Shown piece by piece: positions 10,140 through 21,064 of a DNA stretch of 64,000 nt (within the stretch, counting starts at the first letter, position 1; the number at the start of each line of letters is the position of its first letter). The stretch is from NCBI GenBank assembly GCA_965215265.1, contig OZ244048.1, forward strand, positions 2,848,001 through 2,912,000. The letters are read 5' to 3'. Position numbers and translations under genes: made by a program. The notes under the pieces are model-generated. The model was not told the origin of the DNA, ran no database searches, and saw only the letters and a list, made by a program, of their open reading frames with translations. Origin of the DNA: Candidatus Poribacteria bacterium (GTDB lineage Bacteria; Poribacteria; WGA-4E; WGA-3G).

Positions 10140-10484
10140 TCATTTCGTAGAATTCTCCTTTTGATACTTTTCAAGAAACCTTCTGAGTTTGACAAAACTT
10201 TTAATATTTTTCATAATCCGACCACTCTCTCGCTCTTCTAAATAGAGAAAAAAGCCCATCAGATAAAGAGTCGCGAGAAATAGAACGAATCCAGTGAAGC
10301 ACTTCGCCATCGCCCAATAATTGGGCTGGAAACTTAGGTAAGGGATGACAGAAATCGATCCGTTAGTGGGATCCAGCGCCTCTGGCTGATGCCGCTGTAT
10401 GGAGACGAAGTCACCCCAACCTGTTATGCTGAGTGATAAAAAAACGATTGAAAGCACAAAAACGACGAAAAATGGGATACCCAT
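10140..10484 (-). CDS. Small hypothetical membrane protein (2 TM)
   Basis: ORF with two hydrophobic segments, co-oriented with neighbours. Confidence 0.5.
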   Translation of the reverse strand: MGIPFFVVFVLSIVFLSLSITGWGDFVSIQRHQPEALDPTNGSISVIPYLSFQPNYWAMAKCFTGFVLFLATLYLMGFFLYLEERESGRIMKNIKSFVKLRRFLEKYQKENSTK

Positions 10485-10514
10485 ACGACTTCCAAGGGAG
10501 ATACCAGCAAAATA

Positions 10515-11585
10515 TTAGGCAGAAACTTTGACTAAGCCCTTAGTGCAACCATCTTCACGGTTTCGTACCTTTGTGATGCCCTCAACAAGTGATTCTAATG
10601 AAAATTCATGGCTGATGATTTTATCCATGTTGACATCGCCACTTGAGATGAGCTGAACGGCCTCCTCCCAGGTATCTGGGGCTAACCACGAAAAACGAAT
10701 CGTCTTATCCATGAGGATGGTATCCAGGATAGAGACCTGCATGACATCCGTGTCCCCGGGAAGCCCAAAGATAACAACGGTAGCATGCCGTCCTGTAACT
10801 TCTAATGCAGTATGAATTGCGTTAAGCGAACTGGTTGCAGTAATGGCTCTGTCAGCCAATTCACCGTTATTGAGTTCCTGAATAGTAGCCCCCAGGTCTG
10901 CGACATAGTGAGGGGAAGCGGTATCACTGACATTGACAATCACGTCTGCCCCCAATTCCTTTCCACATTCCAGTCTATAGTCTCGCGTGCCGACAAGCAA
11001 AACGTTTTTCAAACCGCGACTTTTCAACACTTGGACCATCATCAACCCGATTGGGCCAGGGCCAAATACGACAGCTGTCTGTCCAGCTTCGGCGTTAAGA
11101 TTATTAACAGCGTACAAGCCGCATGCCAGAGGTTCGGTCAGTGCGCCTTGGTCGTAGGTGACGCTATCTGGCAGTTTGACAGTCCATCTATAATCGGAAA
11201 CGGCATACTCCGCGAACCCTCCATCAACGCCCACACCTAATACCCGTTTTTCTGGACAGAGGTTCGACAATCCTTTTTGACTCCAAAACGAATTTGGGTT
11301 GGACTGAACAGGATTGACGACAACCCTATCTCCTACCTTAAAACCACCAATGTTTGCGGCATCCTTGCCAACTTCAACAACTTCGCCTGTAAATTCGTGG
11401 CCCAGGATGAGCGGTCCCTTTCCATCTGCGGTTTCCAAGGAACTATTCCCAAAATAGTAGGCGACATCCGAACCACAGATACCTACGGAACGAACTTGGA
11501 CTAATATATCAACGTCGCTGGGTTCCGGAACTGTCCGCTCTTCCAGCGTCATTTTTTCCGGTTCATAGAAAATTTGCGATTTCAT
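10515..11585 (-). CDS. Zn-dependent (MDR) polyol/sugar dehydrogenase
   Basis: GICGSD, LGHEFTG, FGPGPIG motifs. Confidence 0.9.
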   Translation of the reverse strand: MKSQIFYEPEKMTLEERTVPEPSDVDILVQVRSVGICGSDVAYYFGNSSLETADGKGPLILGHEFTGEVVEVGKDAANIGGFKVGDRVVVNPVQSNPNSFWSQKGLSNLCPEKRVLGVGVDGGFAEYAVSDYRWTVKLPDSVTYDQGALTEPLACGLYAVNNLNAEAGQTAVVFGPGPIGLMMVQVLKSRGLKNVLLVGTRDYRLECGKELGADVIVNVSDTASPHYVADLGATIQELNNGELADRAITATSSLNAIHTALEVTGRHATVVIFGLPGDTDVMQVSILDTILMDKTIRFSWLAPDTWEEAVQLISSGDVNMDKIISHEFSLESLVEGITKVRNREDGCTKGLVKVSA

Positions 11586-11697
11586 GTTTGTTTGTCTCCT
11601 TCTTAGATCAAAAAGCTGCCTATTTGAGCTCTATTGTATTTTAGCATATTAGATTTTAATTAGCAAGGAAATTAACGGTACAAAAGCACACGTTGTA

Positions 11698-12564
11698 TCA
11701 GAAGATGTAGCGCATTTCCAGCAGCAACAGTCTGCTACAGAATTCGCCTATAAAAACGGTAATAATCGCGATAAAAAGGAATCCAGTGGCTGCACGTGTC
11801 GCGCCGACAGTATCAGCGGCAACAGATTTATCGCGCAAGCAGTACCAAGTGATGAAGTAGAGGAACAGCGTGCCACAGAGTCCAATAATGACCCGCATGC
11901 CAAATATGAGTCGATAATAGAAATTAAAAGGGACAGAACCGGCCGTTTGCCAGTGAAAAAAAACGTTCACACCAAACAGCCAAGCGATGCAGAGGAGGGA
12001 ATAGAGGAATAGGCTATTAAATCGTTTCAAGTATGCTACGGGTAAGTCTGGGGTGACAAGATACCAATGCCCGAACCACATACCGGTATGAACGGCCCCA
12101 AGTAGCACAGCGGATGTCAAGAATTGAATCGGTAATAAAACCCTTTCACCGGGAATCTGAATAATTTCAAGGTAGCGCGCGGCACTCAGAAACAGCCAGA
12201 TTCCGCCACAAAGAATGCCGGTAAAGAAAAGTAGCTGCGTTAGGCGAGGCGATTTAAACCACCAACTCAAAGTATAGATAAGAATTAGAATAAAAAAGAT
12301 GAGAACAAAAACGGATTCAATCTTCAGTAAATGGTTCGGCAACCGGTGTCCGATCCCGAAGAAATTAGAGAATGTGACGGGTTGCTGCAGCAGTGATAGA
12401 TTCGCGCATCGTGCTAAGCCACTAACTACCAGATAAATGCCACCCATGAGACGATAAAAGTTTGCCCCGACTAAATCTCTGGGGATAAACAGAAGTAGCA
12501 CGAATCCGCCTATTGCCAATTGACTGAAGACGATATAAAAAATGTCAACGATACTAAACATCAA
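11698..12564 (-). CDS. Polytopic membrane protein (DmsC/NrfD-anchor-like)
   Basis: About 8 TM segments; GMWFGHWYL and ATG motifs. Confidence 0.6.
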   Translation of the reverse strand: MMFSIVDIFYIVFSQLAIGGFVLLLFIPRDLVGANFYRLMGGIYLVVSGLARCANLSLLQQPVTFSNFFGIGHRLPNHLLKIESVFVLIFFILILIYTLSWWFKSPRLTQLLFFTGILCGGIWLFLSAARYLEIIQIPGERVLLPIQFLTSAVLLGAVHTGMWFGHWYLVTPDLPVAYLKRFNSLFLYSLLCIAWLFGVNVFFHWQTAGSVPFNFYYRLIFGMRVIIGLCGTLFLYFITWYCLRDKSVAADTVGATRAATGFLFIAIITVFIGEFCSRLLLLEMRYIF

Positions 12565-12703
12565 TTGCCAACCTAACGGTAAAGTTGAGTCCGATGTGCA
12601 GTTTCAAGCTTCCATTGGGGTACCTATAGGAGTGAGGAGTCGGGCGGGAAGACATCTTCCCGCCTCAACGTGTCTTGATAGAAGTCACAGGAATAGATTC
12701 AGG

Positions 12704-13102
12704 TTAGAGAATGTCGACGGTTGCCCCGAGTTCTTCCAACTGTGCTTTCGTCTTCTCTGCTTCCTCTTTGCTGATACCCTCTTGGATAACCACCGGTGCA
12801 GATTCCACTTTGTCCTTTGCTTCCTTCAGTCCGAGTCCTGTAACCGCTCGTACCTCTTTGATAACCGGAATCTTTTGGGCACCGAAATCTTTGAGTTGTA
12901 CGTCAAACTCCGTTTTTTCTTCTACTTCGGGTGGTGCCTCTTCAGCACCGGCAGCGGCAGGCATCATCCCTGGCATCGCCATAACTGGTGCAGCCGATGC
13001 GCTCACCCCAAACTTATCCTCTAAGGCTTTGACGAGCTCAGAGAGCTCCAAAACCGACATATTGCTAATCTGTTCAATCAACTCTTCAATATTTGCAGCC
13101 AT
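12704..13102 (-). CDS. rplL: 50S ribosomal protein L7/L12
   Basis: [33 protein letters not shown]; start MAANIEE after AGGAG. Confidence 0.97.
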   Translation of the reverse strand: MAANIEELIEQISNMSVLELSELVKALEDKFGVSASAAPVMAMPGMMPAAAGAEEAPPEVEEKTEFDVQLKDFGAQKIPVIKEVRAVTGLGLKEAKDKVESAPVVIQEGISKEEAEKTKAQLEELGATVDIL

Positions 13103-13127
13103 TGTTTGGCTCCTTTCTTGCGAAAAA

Positions 13128-13694
13128 TTAGGCGTTTTCAGCCTCTTTCTTTTGCTCTGCAACCTGTGTTAAAACCGAGGTTATTTGGCGTATTGTACTA
13201 CTTAACACATTTACGATTCCGGTGATAGGCGAACCTTGATGGAGAACTTGGACGAGTCCTGTCAAAGGCGCGCCGATACATCCGACCGCGCGTGCAATCA
13301 TCACTTCTCGAGACGGCATATCCTGTAGGGCTTCGACCTCTTCTGCATCAATAACCTGTGTTCCGAGAATACCGCCTTTAATCTTGAATTTCGCGTGTTC
13401 CTCGCGAAATTCCAGCAATGTCTTTGAGGATGCGGCCGGGTCACTACTAGTCGCGAGCGCAGTATTGCCCTTTAGGTACACTGCTAACCCTTCAATACCT
13501 CTCTCTTGTGCAACAACGTTGATTAATGTATTCTTACAGACCTTATACCGGACATCCGCCTCGCGTAAGCGTCTCCGCAAATCGTTTGTCTCTGCGACTG
13601 TAAGTCCCTGGAAATCTGTTAGCAGAATAACGTCGGCACTTTCAAAAAGCTCGCGAATTTGTTCAACCTGCTGAACGTTAGCCTGATTTGGCAT
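13128..13694 (-). CDS. rplJ: 50S ribosomal protein L10
   Basis: [19 protein letters not shown] motifs; operon position. Confidence 0.95.
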   Translation of the reverse strand: MPNQANVQQVEQIRELFESADVILLTDFQGLTVAETNDLRRRLREADVRYKVCKNTLINVVAQERGIEGLAVYLKGNTALATSSDPAASSKTLLEFREEHAKFKIKGGILGTQVIDAEEVEALQDMPSREVMIARAVGCIGAPLTGLVQVLHQGSPITGIVNVLSSTIRQITSVLTQVAEQKKEAENA

Positions 13695-13789
13695 ATCTCA
13701 GCTCCTTTCCAGAACCTATCTCATAAATCGACACACCGCGTGCGGATGAAATAGGAACTACCTAAATTTCTATTTATGGGCGCAGGCCA

Positions 13790-13946
13790 ACAAAAAGCCT
13801 CCAGATGCATGGAGGCTTACACTCAATAAGGAGTAAAGGAATGTATAACGGATAATCAACACGCTGTCCAGACGTGCCCACCGTTCTCGTTCTATCCCTT
13901 CAAGCCTCGGTAGGTTATTAAGCCTGCGGCACCTACGTTCTACGAC
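13790..13946 (-). promoter_or_regulatory. L10 ribosomal leader with attenuator-type terminator
   Basis: Minus strand CGTAGAACGTAGGTG...TTAATAACCTACCGAGG resembles the L10 leader; hairpin aagcctcca/tggaggctt + T-run at 13792-13818 before rplJ. Confidence 0.75.
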
Positions 13947-14065
13947 TCTTTTCCATATCTATGGAAATCGTATGGGTAAATTTTATTGTCTTTACTATCC
14001 AAGCGGATGCTATTAGTCTATAACTAGTAGATTGCCCACTTATATTACGAATTCGCCGGTTGCAA

Positions 14066-14803
14066 TTAGGCAAACTGCTGCGGGTCAATACGAATACCAA
14101 CGCCCATCGTTGATGAGATAGCAACAGTCCGAATGTAGCGCCCTTTTATAGCGGCGGGCCGTGCATTCACAAGCGCACCCATTACGGCATTGAGGTTTCC
14201 CTTAATTTGCTCACCGTCAAACGAAGTTTTTCCAATCGGGACATGAACGACCCCGGAGGAACGTTCGACCCGGTATTCAATCTGTCCGGCTTTGATATTC
14301 TGTATCGTCTCAGTCAGTTCCATCGTAACCGTACCTGCTTTTGCATTCGGCATAAGCCCGCGTGGGCCAAGGATTCTACCTAACTTTGGCATAATACTGC
14401 GCATCAAGTCTGGTGTGGCGATGGTTGCATCAAAATCAAGCCAGCCTTCAACAATTTTATCAACTAACTCATCCGTCCCAACAAAATCAGCCCCGGCATC
14501 CTCTGCTTCGCGTGCTTTATCGCCTTGTGCAAACACCGCGACACGTACAGATTTACCGGTACCATGGGGCAGCGTGACAGTCCCGCGGATGTTCTGATCT
14601 GCTATCCGGGCATCTACCCCTAGCCGGGAGGCCAAATCGACCGTCTCATCAAATTTCGCATGGCCTGTTTTTTTGATCAGCGCAACAGCCTCGTCCACAG
14701 TGTATAGGCGAAATCTGTCCACCTGTGATTGAATTTCGCGGTATCGCTTCCCTTTCTTCGCCATAGCCTTTATCTGTGTAAGCGTCTTGGAGACGCGAGA
14801 CAC
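14066..14803 (-). CDS. rplA: 50S ribosomal protein L1
   Basis: [23 protein letters not shown] motifs. Confidence 0.97.
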   Translation of the reverse strand: MSRVSKTLTQIKAMAKKGKRYREIQSQVDRFRLYTVDEAVALIKKTGHAKFDETVDLASRLGVDARIADQNIRGTVTLPHGTGKSVRVAVFAQGDKAREAEDAGADFVGTDELVDKIVEGWLDFDATIATPDLMRSIMPKLGRILGPRGLMPNAKAGTVTMELTETIQNIKAGQIEYRVERSSGVVHVPIGKTSFDGEQIKGNLNAVMGALVNARPAAIKGRYIRTVAISSTMGVGIRIDPQQFA

Positions 14804-14873
14804 TCTCTCCTTAAAATTACTTTATCATACCGACTGCCATAAAAAAACAGACGATTAGCATGATAAGAGAAGA

Positions 14874-15296
14874 TTAGTTAATCGTAAGTCCCATACTGCG
14901 AGCAGTCCCTTCAACCATTCGCGTTGCAGCATCCAGATCTGTTGTATTTAAGTCAGGTAATTTCGTTTGCGCGATCTCACGAATCTCATCCATTGTTACC
15001 GACGCGACTTTGTTGCGGTTCGGTTCGCCAGAACCTTTAGCGATTTTCGCTGCGGTTTTTAACAATACAGCTGCTGGTGGTGATTTCACGCTAAACGTAA
15101 AAGACCTGTCGCTGTAACACGTGATGATTGTTGTGACAACCATCCCGGTTTGGTGCTGCGTCTGGGCGTTAAAAGATTTAATAAACTCCTGGAGGTTAAT
15201 CATGTACGGCGCAAGACTAGGTCCGACAGGCGGCTGCGGGGTTGCCTGCCCTGAGACTAACTGGAGTTTCACTTCGCCTGCTATTTTTTTTGCCAT
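14874..15296 (-). CDS. rplK: 50S ribosomal protein L11
   Basis: [24 protein letters not shown] motifs. Confidence 0.97.
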   Translation of the reverse strand: MAKKIAGEVKLQLVSGQATPQPPVGPSLAPYMINLQEFIKSFNAQTQHQTGMVVTTIITCYSDRSFTFSVKSPPAAVLLKTAAKIAKGSGEPNRNKVASVTMDEIREIAQTKLPDLNTTDLDAATRMVEGTARSMGLTIN

Positions 15297-15366
15297 TCTC
15301 ACTCCGCTATCGATTGTGTGAAAGTTCCATATTAGAGAACATGCACGTCAGATCTAAAAATTAGAT

Positions 15367-15930
15367 TCATAATGCTTCCACTTCAAGGAAGCCCAATTCA
15401 ACCGGTGTTGCACGCCCGAAGATAGTTATACTCAGCCGGAGGCGCTGCCGCTCCATGTCAATATCTTCTATTTCACCGGGAAATCCGCTAAAGGGTCCGT
15501 CAATCACCTTTACTGTATCGCCAACACCATACGCGACAGTAAGCACGGGTATGTGTTCCTCTTCTAACGTTGGCATCTGCAGCATCGCCTCAATGTCGCT
15601 TGCCTCTAACGCCGAAGGCCGTTGGTTCGGGCCCAAAAAATTCATCACACCTGGAGTTTCTTTAATGAGTTCCCAACTCCGTTTGCCTTGTGGCCGTTCA
15701 ACCTCAGGTCCTAATTCATGAGTGGTGTTAATGAGAACATACCCCGGATATGAGGGCCTAAAACTCACCTTGCGTTTGCTGTCTTTCACCTCAACAACTT
15801 CTGTGAGAGGCACCTTGACATCCAGAATTTCGTCCCGGAGCTCCTCACGTTCAATCATGTTATCAAGGTTGAGTTTAACCTTATTTTCATGCCCGGTGTA
15901 TATTTGAACAACGTACCAGTAACCAGTCAT
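15367..15930 (-). CDS. nusG: Transcription termination/antitermination factor NusG
   Basis: WYVV, YPGYVL, GPFSGF, IFGRATPVEL motifs. Confidence 0.96.
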   Translation of the reverse strand: MTGYWYVVQIYTGHENKVKLNLDNMIEREELRDEILDVKVPLTEVVEVKDSKRKVSFRPSYPGYVLINTTHELGPEVERPQGKRSWELIKETPGVMNFLGPNQRPSALEASDIEAMLQMPTLEEEHIPVLTVAYGVGDTVKVIDGPFSGFPGEIEDIDMERQRLRLSITIFGRATPVELGFLEVEAL

Positions 15931-15995
15931 AATCCATTTACCAACTAAGAGAAGCCAATCTAACTATTGATGTTATTTGGTTTATCCTGATAAAA

Positions 15996-16382
15996 TTATT
16001 CAACTGTACGGAGGAATAACGATCTAAGGAATGCCATACCGAAACCAGTTAGCGGTTCATCGAGTTTGAGCGCGTACTGACTGACAAGTACTACAACCAA
16101 GGGGACACACGCGATAACAATTGCATGAACGCGGTACTCCTCCCAGTTTCTGCTGAAAGAAAATACGGCTAACGGTATCACTATTAGCAAAATCAGACCA
16201 AAAACGCCGTTCCATAGCGGATAGGCGGCATTCCCATCAACTAACCAGATGAAAAAACCCAATAAGGCGCACGCGACAATTACTGTAATTGTGCTGCCCT
16301 GAACCTCTTTCGAGTCAGGTTTCGACACCTTCTGCCATTCTAACCTAATACCTTGAATATAGTTTTTTATGCGCGCTATCAT
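15996..16382 (-). CDS. secE: Preprotein translocase SecE with extra C-terminal TM segments
   Basis: EWQKVSKP (variant of ELxKVxWP) followed by a TM; position between tRNA-Trp and nusG. Confidence 0.8.
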   Translation of the reverse strand: MIARIKNYIQGIRLEWQKVSKPDSKEVQGSTITVIVACALLGFFIWLVDGNAAYPLWNGVFGLILLIVIPLAVFSFSRNWEEYRVHAIVIACVPLVVVLVSQYALKLDEPLTGFGMAFLRSLFLRTVE

Positions 16383-16393
16383 AATTATAAAGG

Positions 16394-16467
16394 CAGGCCA
16401 GGAGGGATTCGAACCCCCAACATTCGGTTTTGGAGACCGACGCTCTAGCCGTTGGAGCTACTGGCCT
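16394..16467 (-). tRNA. tRNA-Trp(CCA)
   Basis: Cloverleaf AGGCCAG/CTGGCCT, anticodon loop CT-CCA-AA, TTCGAAT T-loop. Confidence 0.96.
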
Positions 16468-16495
16468 GCAAGTTTGGTATATGAACGAGAAAAAA

Positions 16496-16648
16496 TTATC
16501 GCGTTTCCTTATGCAGTGTATGCTTGCGACAGAATCGGCAGTATTTCTTCCGTTCATACCGCGTTTGGTTCGTCCGACGGTTGCGAGTTGTTACATAATT
16601 CCGCTGACTACATACATCACATGCCATTGTCACAATATCTCTTGGCAT
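16496..16648 (-). CDS. rpmG: 50S ribosomal protein L33 (Zn-binding form)
   Basis: MPRDIVTMACDVCSQRNY...KKYCRFCRKHTLHKETR. Confidence 0.95.
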   Translation of the reverse strand: MPRDIVTMACDVCSQRNYVTTRNRRTNQTRYERKKYCRFCRKHTLHKETR

Positions 16649-16714
16649 AATAGATACCCTATAGGAGCACAGTGGCTGCCGTAAAACGCAAGGCCGGCTG
16701 TAGCTCAAGTTAAA

Positions 16715-16790
<76 letters not shown>

Positions 16791-16839
16791 AAAATTAAAG
16801 CAGCGTTCACAATAAATAACCTCAAATAGAGGGCCCAGA

Positions 16840-16912
16840 AGCGGGAGACGGGATTTGAACCCGCGACACATGGCTTGGAAGGCCAATGCTCTACCAGCTG
16901 AGCTACTCCCGC
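16840..16912 (-). tRNA. tRNA-Gly(TCC)
   Basis: GCGGGAG/CTCCCGC stem, anticodon TCC. Confidence 0.96.
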
Positions 16913-16981
16913 GTGTAAGGAGCCGAGGACGAGATTTTCATCAAACTGGCATCCCTGCCAAACCCTGAAAACAAAAAGAGA

Positions 16982-17063
16982 TGGGGGCGGATGGATTTGA
17001 ACCACCGTAGGCATCGCCAACAGATTTACAGTCTGCCCTTTTTGACCACTCAAGCACACCCCC
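16982..17063 (-). tRNA. tRNA-Tyr(GTA)
   Basis: GGGGGTG/CGCCCCC stem, anticodon GTA, long variable arm. Confidence 0.96.
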
Positions 17064-17075
17064 ATAGGTTCTAAA

Positions 17076-17147
17076 AGCTGACGAGAGGAATCGAACCTCC
17101 AACCTAGTGATTACAAATCACTTGCTCTACCATTGAGCCACGTCAGC
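17076..17147 (-). tRNA. tRNA-Thr(TGT)
   Basis: GCTGACG/CGTCAGC stem, anticodon TGT. Confidence 0.96.
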
Positions 17148-17158
17148 GATACATATTA

Positions 17159-17187
17159 ATTATACCCGATTTTCTGGCGTTTGTCAA
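17159..17187 (-). promoter_or_regulatory. sigma70 promoter of tRNA/ribosomal operon
   Basis: Minus strand TTGACA-17nt-TATAAT just upstream of tRNA-Thr(TGT). Confidence 0.8.
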
Positions 17188-17202
17188 GAAAAAATGTCAG
17201 CC

Positions 17203-17532
17203 TTAAAGCCCTTCCTCGGGTTCGACATCCTCCGAATCGGTTTCGTTTTCATCGTAAACCTCCGGATTAAAGGTATCGCGCCACTCATCCGCATCTAAGG
17301 AGCGTCCAAAAATTGCCTGCAGCCCTGGTGTTGAAGGTTTTTCCTCGCCCTTTTTAAATTCAAGTTCCCCGTCAATCAATTCTTGTGTAGCGACGACAAC
17401 AAATTTCTGTTTAGCGGCACCAGTTGCCAAGACTGTTTCATTTAACTCGCGTGCGCGCTTCGCAATGATATTCACTGCTAAGTACTTGTTTTCTACATGC
17501 TTGGCTAAGTCTTCATGGTAAACAACTGACAT
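17203..17532 (-). CDS. rpoZ: RNA polymerase omega subunit with acidic tail
   Basis: NKYLAVNIIAKRARELN motif; ATG 17532 after AGGAGG. Confidence 0.8.
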   Translation of the reverse strand: MSVVYHEDLAKHVENKYLAVNIIAKRARELNETVLATGAAKQKFVVVATQELIDGELEFKKGEEKPSTPGLQAIFGRSLDADEWRDTFNPEVYDENETDSEDVEPEEGL

Positions 17533-17663
17533 TTTTATCCCTCCTGATACAATTCTGTATCTGTAACGGCAGCGTGTTAGCAATTTCGACAACCTTCTAC
17601 AGATGAGATTTTTTAATTATACCCAATTTTTCAATGAAAGTCAAATTAAAAACGATTTTAAAT

Positions 17664-17692
17664 TTGACAAATCACGCGAAAAGTAGTAGAAT
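17664..17692 (+). promoter_or_regulatory. sigma70 promoter
   Basis: TTGACA-17nt-TAGAAT upstream of mqnC. Confidence 0.65.
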
Positions 17693-17756
17693 TTACAAAG
17701 GACAATCATTGAAAACGCACTAAAAAAACCTAATTTGCCCAAAATAAGGATTCTGC

Positions 17757-18821
17757 ATGGATACGACGATTCAACCTATTTTAGAAAAATCGCTCTCAGG
17801 CAAACGTTTAGATTTTGACGATGGCGTGACACTTTTTAAGAGTCACGACCTACTCTCATTGGGGCATGCTGCTGATATCATACGTCACCGTAAACATCCG
17901 GAAGGCTGCGTCACGTACATTGTAGACCGGAATATTAACTATACAAATTGGTGCTACGTCGATTGCGATTTCTGTGCGTTCTATCGGCACCGAAAAGACC
18001 CGGATGCTTATGTCATGCAACGGGATGAACTCGGACAAAAAATTCAGGAAACCCTAGATCTTGGCGGCGAATTAATCCTCATGCAAGGGGGCTTACATCC
18101 TAAACTCAAACTTGAGTGGTATGAAGAGCTCCTCTGCTGGATTAAAGCGAATTACCGAATCCACATACACGGTTTTTCGCCGCCTGAACTCGACTGGTTC
18201 GCCAAAATCAATCGCATGCCATTGCGCGAAATGCTCATCCGATTGCGCGATGCTGGACTTGATTCTATCCCCGGCGGGGGTGCTGAAATTCTAACAGAAC
18301 ATGCCCGAAACGAAATCAGTCCTAAAAAATGTACCGCCGATGAATGGCTGGAAGTGATGCGACAAGGACACGCTGTGGGTCTTAAGTCTAGTGCCACTAT
18401 GATGTACGGACATGTTGAAAGCTACGCCGAACGGGTTGAACACCTCCTCCGTCTCCGCGAACTCCAAGATGAAACCGGCGGTTTCACTGCTTTTATCTGC
18501 TGGTCTCTCCAACCGCACAATACTCGACTTGAACACATCCCACCGGCTGGAAGTTTTGAGTACCTCAAAACCTTAGCAATTTCGCGCTTGTTCCTAGATA
18601 ACTTTGATAATTTTCAATCCTCGTGGGTAACACAAGGACCAAAGATTGGGCAGCTCTCTCTCAAGTTCGGTGCCAATGACATGGGCGGGACGATGATAGA
18701 GGAAAATGTCGTCAGTAAAGCCGGTACTGTCTACTGCATGCCGATTGAAGAAATAGAACGCACCATAACAGAGCTCGGATATATTCCAAAACGCCGCAAT
18801 TTTTTTTATGAGCACCTATAA
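17757..18821 (+). CDS. mqnC: Cyclic dehypoxanthinyl futalosine synthase (radical SAM)
   Basis: DRNINYTNWCYVDCDFCAF, PGGGAEIL, SSWVTQG, EENVV motifs. Confidence 0.9.
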   Translation: MDTTIQPILEKSLSGKRLDFDDGVTLFKSHDLLSLGHAADIIRHRKHPEGCVTYIVDRNINYTNWCYVDCDFCAFYRHRKDPDAYVMQRDELGQKIQETLDLGGELILMQGGLHPKLKLEWYEELLCWIKANYRIHIHGFSPPELDWFAKINRMPLREMLIRLRDAGLDSIPGGGAEILTEHARNEISPKKCTADEWLEVMRQGHAVGLKSSATMMYGHVESYAERVEHLLRLRELQDETGGFTAFICWSLQPHNTRLEHIPPAGSFEYLKTLAISRLFLDNFDNFQSSWVTQGPKIGQLSLKFGANDMGGTMIEENVVSKAGTVYCMPIEEIERTITELGYIPKRRNFFYEHL

Positions 18822-18840
18822 ACGGCGTTAGTAGTTGTCC

Positions 18841-20829
18841 TTACCGGTACTCTGGATGAATCCATGGTTTAGTCAGTTTTTTGCGAGCGGCAAACCAGTT
18901 CAGATATGCCTCTCGTTTTTTCGTTTGAATGATTGCCTGCCGATGCCGTATTTTCTCATCAGTGTCGGTTGCAAACATGGCTAAGTCAGCCTCTTCGCGC
19001 TCAACTAGTTGAATAATATAGACAGCTGTATCCCCTTTAAACGGGCCACGAACCTCGTCTTTGTCCATTTTAAACGCAGCGAACATCACTTCTGTAGAAT
19101 TTCCTATACCTGCAACATAACTACTAGACCGTGAGAGCCCAAATAGACTACTCTCTTGAACAGAGAGCCGGTCCGCCGCCAGACCTTCAGGGGTTTTATA
19201 ATTTTTGAGGAGGGCCTCAAGCGTTCGCTCATTTTGCAAATTGGCATATTCATCGAACAATTTTTGCGCATCTTCGAAAGCCCATTTTTTTGCCTTTTCT
19301 TCGCGCAGTGCCTCAACCACCTCTGTTTTGACTTCGGCAAATGGTGGTATCGTTACAGGCTTCTTCTCAAGTACCGTCGCTATAAAATAAGCTTCAACGT
19401 CCCCCCTGACGTTTTTCCCTTCAACGACCTTTCTCACATTCACTTCCAAATCAAAAAGTTCATCGATGAGTCCACGGTAACTCCATACTGAGCCAATATT
19501 CGGGATATTTGAGACATCGCGGCTAAAGAGTCCAGTTTCTTGTACAGTAAGGGATAAGGGCTCATATTTCTGATGTGCGATGGCAGCATCATAATCCTGG
19601 ATTTCAATCTCATAAAGCAGGTCGTTTGCGAGTTCTTTTGCAGCTTCAACGCCTCTAATTTTCACCAGCTTCTGCCGGATTTCGGACTGAACCAGATCAA
19701 AGGGCTGCGTTTCTGGATTTTTCTTTTCCTCCAATTGGATAATGTGATATCCGTACGTGGTTTCCACCAATTCACTGACTTGCCCGGGGCTTAATCTATC
19801 AAAACAGGCTTCTTCAAACGGTTTAACCATATCTCCTCGAGCAAAGTAGTCGCCGGGCGGTAGTTTTGGATTGTTGCCTCTCAAGCTACCCCCACGGCTT
19901 GCAGACGGCCCCTCTGAGTACTTCTCGGCAAGTTCTGCAAACGTTGCCCCGGCAGCAAGTTCCTCATTAATAGTCTTGAGCAATTCTTCCGAAGCAATTT
20001 TGACCTCCGCTTTCTGTTCATCGGTAGCGTTATCGGGAAATTTTTTCAAGATATGCCGAGCTTTGACAGCTTCCGGGGTTGTGAACTCGCCGGGATTTTC
20101 TTGATAATACGTTTCAACCTCAGCATGTTCAACGAAATTCGCCGATACAACTTTGATGAACTTGACATTTACCTGCTCTTCCGTTTTATAGTCCTCTCGG
20201 TTTTTCTGAAAATATGCTTCTGCTTCGGTATCTTCAATGTTAATGCTTATCCCGTAATCACTGTGCTTAAATTCAATAAATTTCACCTTCGCCTTGTCTG
20301 CTTCAAGACGATAAGCTTGTTCTGTCTCAGTATCCGTTACCAATTCAAGTGCTTGAATATTATCCCTAAGCCTTGCAGCACTGAGTTGTAACCGAACGCT
20401 ATCCGTGTAACTATTCGCGTACCCCAATGCGTGGAAACGATTGTACTGAGTTACCAAGTTGGCATCGCTCCGGATGTAACGTTCCACCTCAGCATCGCTA
20501 ATTTGTGCGCTGCCGAGAATAGTCTCTTGAATCCACCTCTCAATCACTGATTTTTGCGTCTCTTCTCGGTCAGGCTCCCCGCCAAACCTCTGGTTTCGTC
20601 TGGAGCGCATTTCATTAGCGACAGCATTCTCGAAATTCTCGCGCGTGACTTCAGCATTGTCAATCCTGAGAACCACTTCCGCCCCGGGGTCCTCACCCCC
20701 GCCTTGTGAATTGCTGTAGAGCATCACCGTGCCTATAATGAACACCACAGCGATGACCGCCATAAAAAGTTGCGCAATAAATTTCTCACGTAAAAAGATA
20801 ATCATGTTGTTAATGTTGCTCCTATTCAA
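18841..20829 (-). CDS. PpiD/SurA-type parvulin peptidyl-prolyl isomerase
   Basis: N-terminal TM; ARHIL, FAELAEKYSE, GDMVKPFE, YGYHII parvulin motifs. Confidence 0.87.
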   Translation of the reverse strand: MNRSNINNMIIFLREKFIAQLFMAVIAVVFIIGTVMLYSNSQGGGEDPGAEVVLRIDNAEVTRENFENAVANEMRSRRNQRFGGEPDREETQKSVIERWIQETILGSAQISDAEVERYIRSDANLVTQYNRFHALGYANSYTDSVRLQLSAARLRDNIQALELVTDTETEQAYRLEADKAKVKFIEFKHSDYGISINIEDTEAEAYFQKNREDYKTEEQVNVKFIKVVSANFVEHAEVETYYQENPGEFTTPEAVKARHILKKFPDNATDEQKAEVKIASEELLKTINEELAAGATFAELAEKYSEGPSASRGGSLRGNNPKLPPGDYFARGDMVKPFEEACFDRLSPGQVSELVETTYGYHIIQLEEKKNPETQPFDLVQSEIRQKLVKIRGVEAAKELANDLLYEIEIQDYDAAIAHQKYEPLSLTVQETGLFSRDVSNIPNIGSVWSYRGLIDELFDLEVNVRKVVEGKNVRGDVEAYFIATVLEKKPVTIPPFAEVKTEVVEALREEKAKKWAFEDAQKLFDEYANLQNERTLEALLKNYKTPEGLAADRLSVQESSLFGLSRSSSYVAGIGNSTEVMFAAFKMDKDEVRGPFKGDTAVYIIQLVEREEADLAMFATDTDEKIRHRQAIIQTKKREAYLNWFAARKKLTKPWIHPEYR

Positions 20830-21064
20830 TTGTGCGTCAAGATGTTAATATTATACATTCAAATCCGGCGAATGTCAAATTTTTGTCCAACATTTCAGTA
20901 AAACAGACTGCCGAAATTTTCTTTCTTGAAAAACGGATGAAAATCGGTTAACATGGTATACACGTAGAAGAACATGATCTCTTTCAGAAGACAGCTCTTT
21001 TTCTGAAAGCATCTCCTATTTTCTACTTTTTATCATCAATTTCACATAAGACAGTCATACAGCT

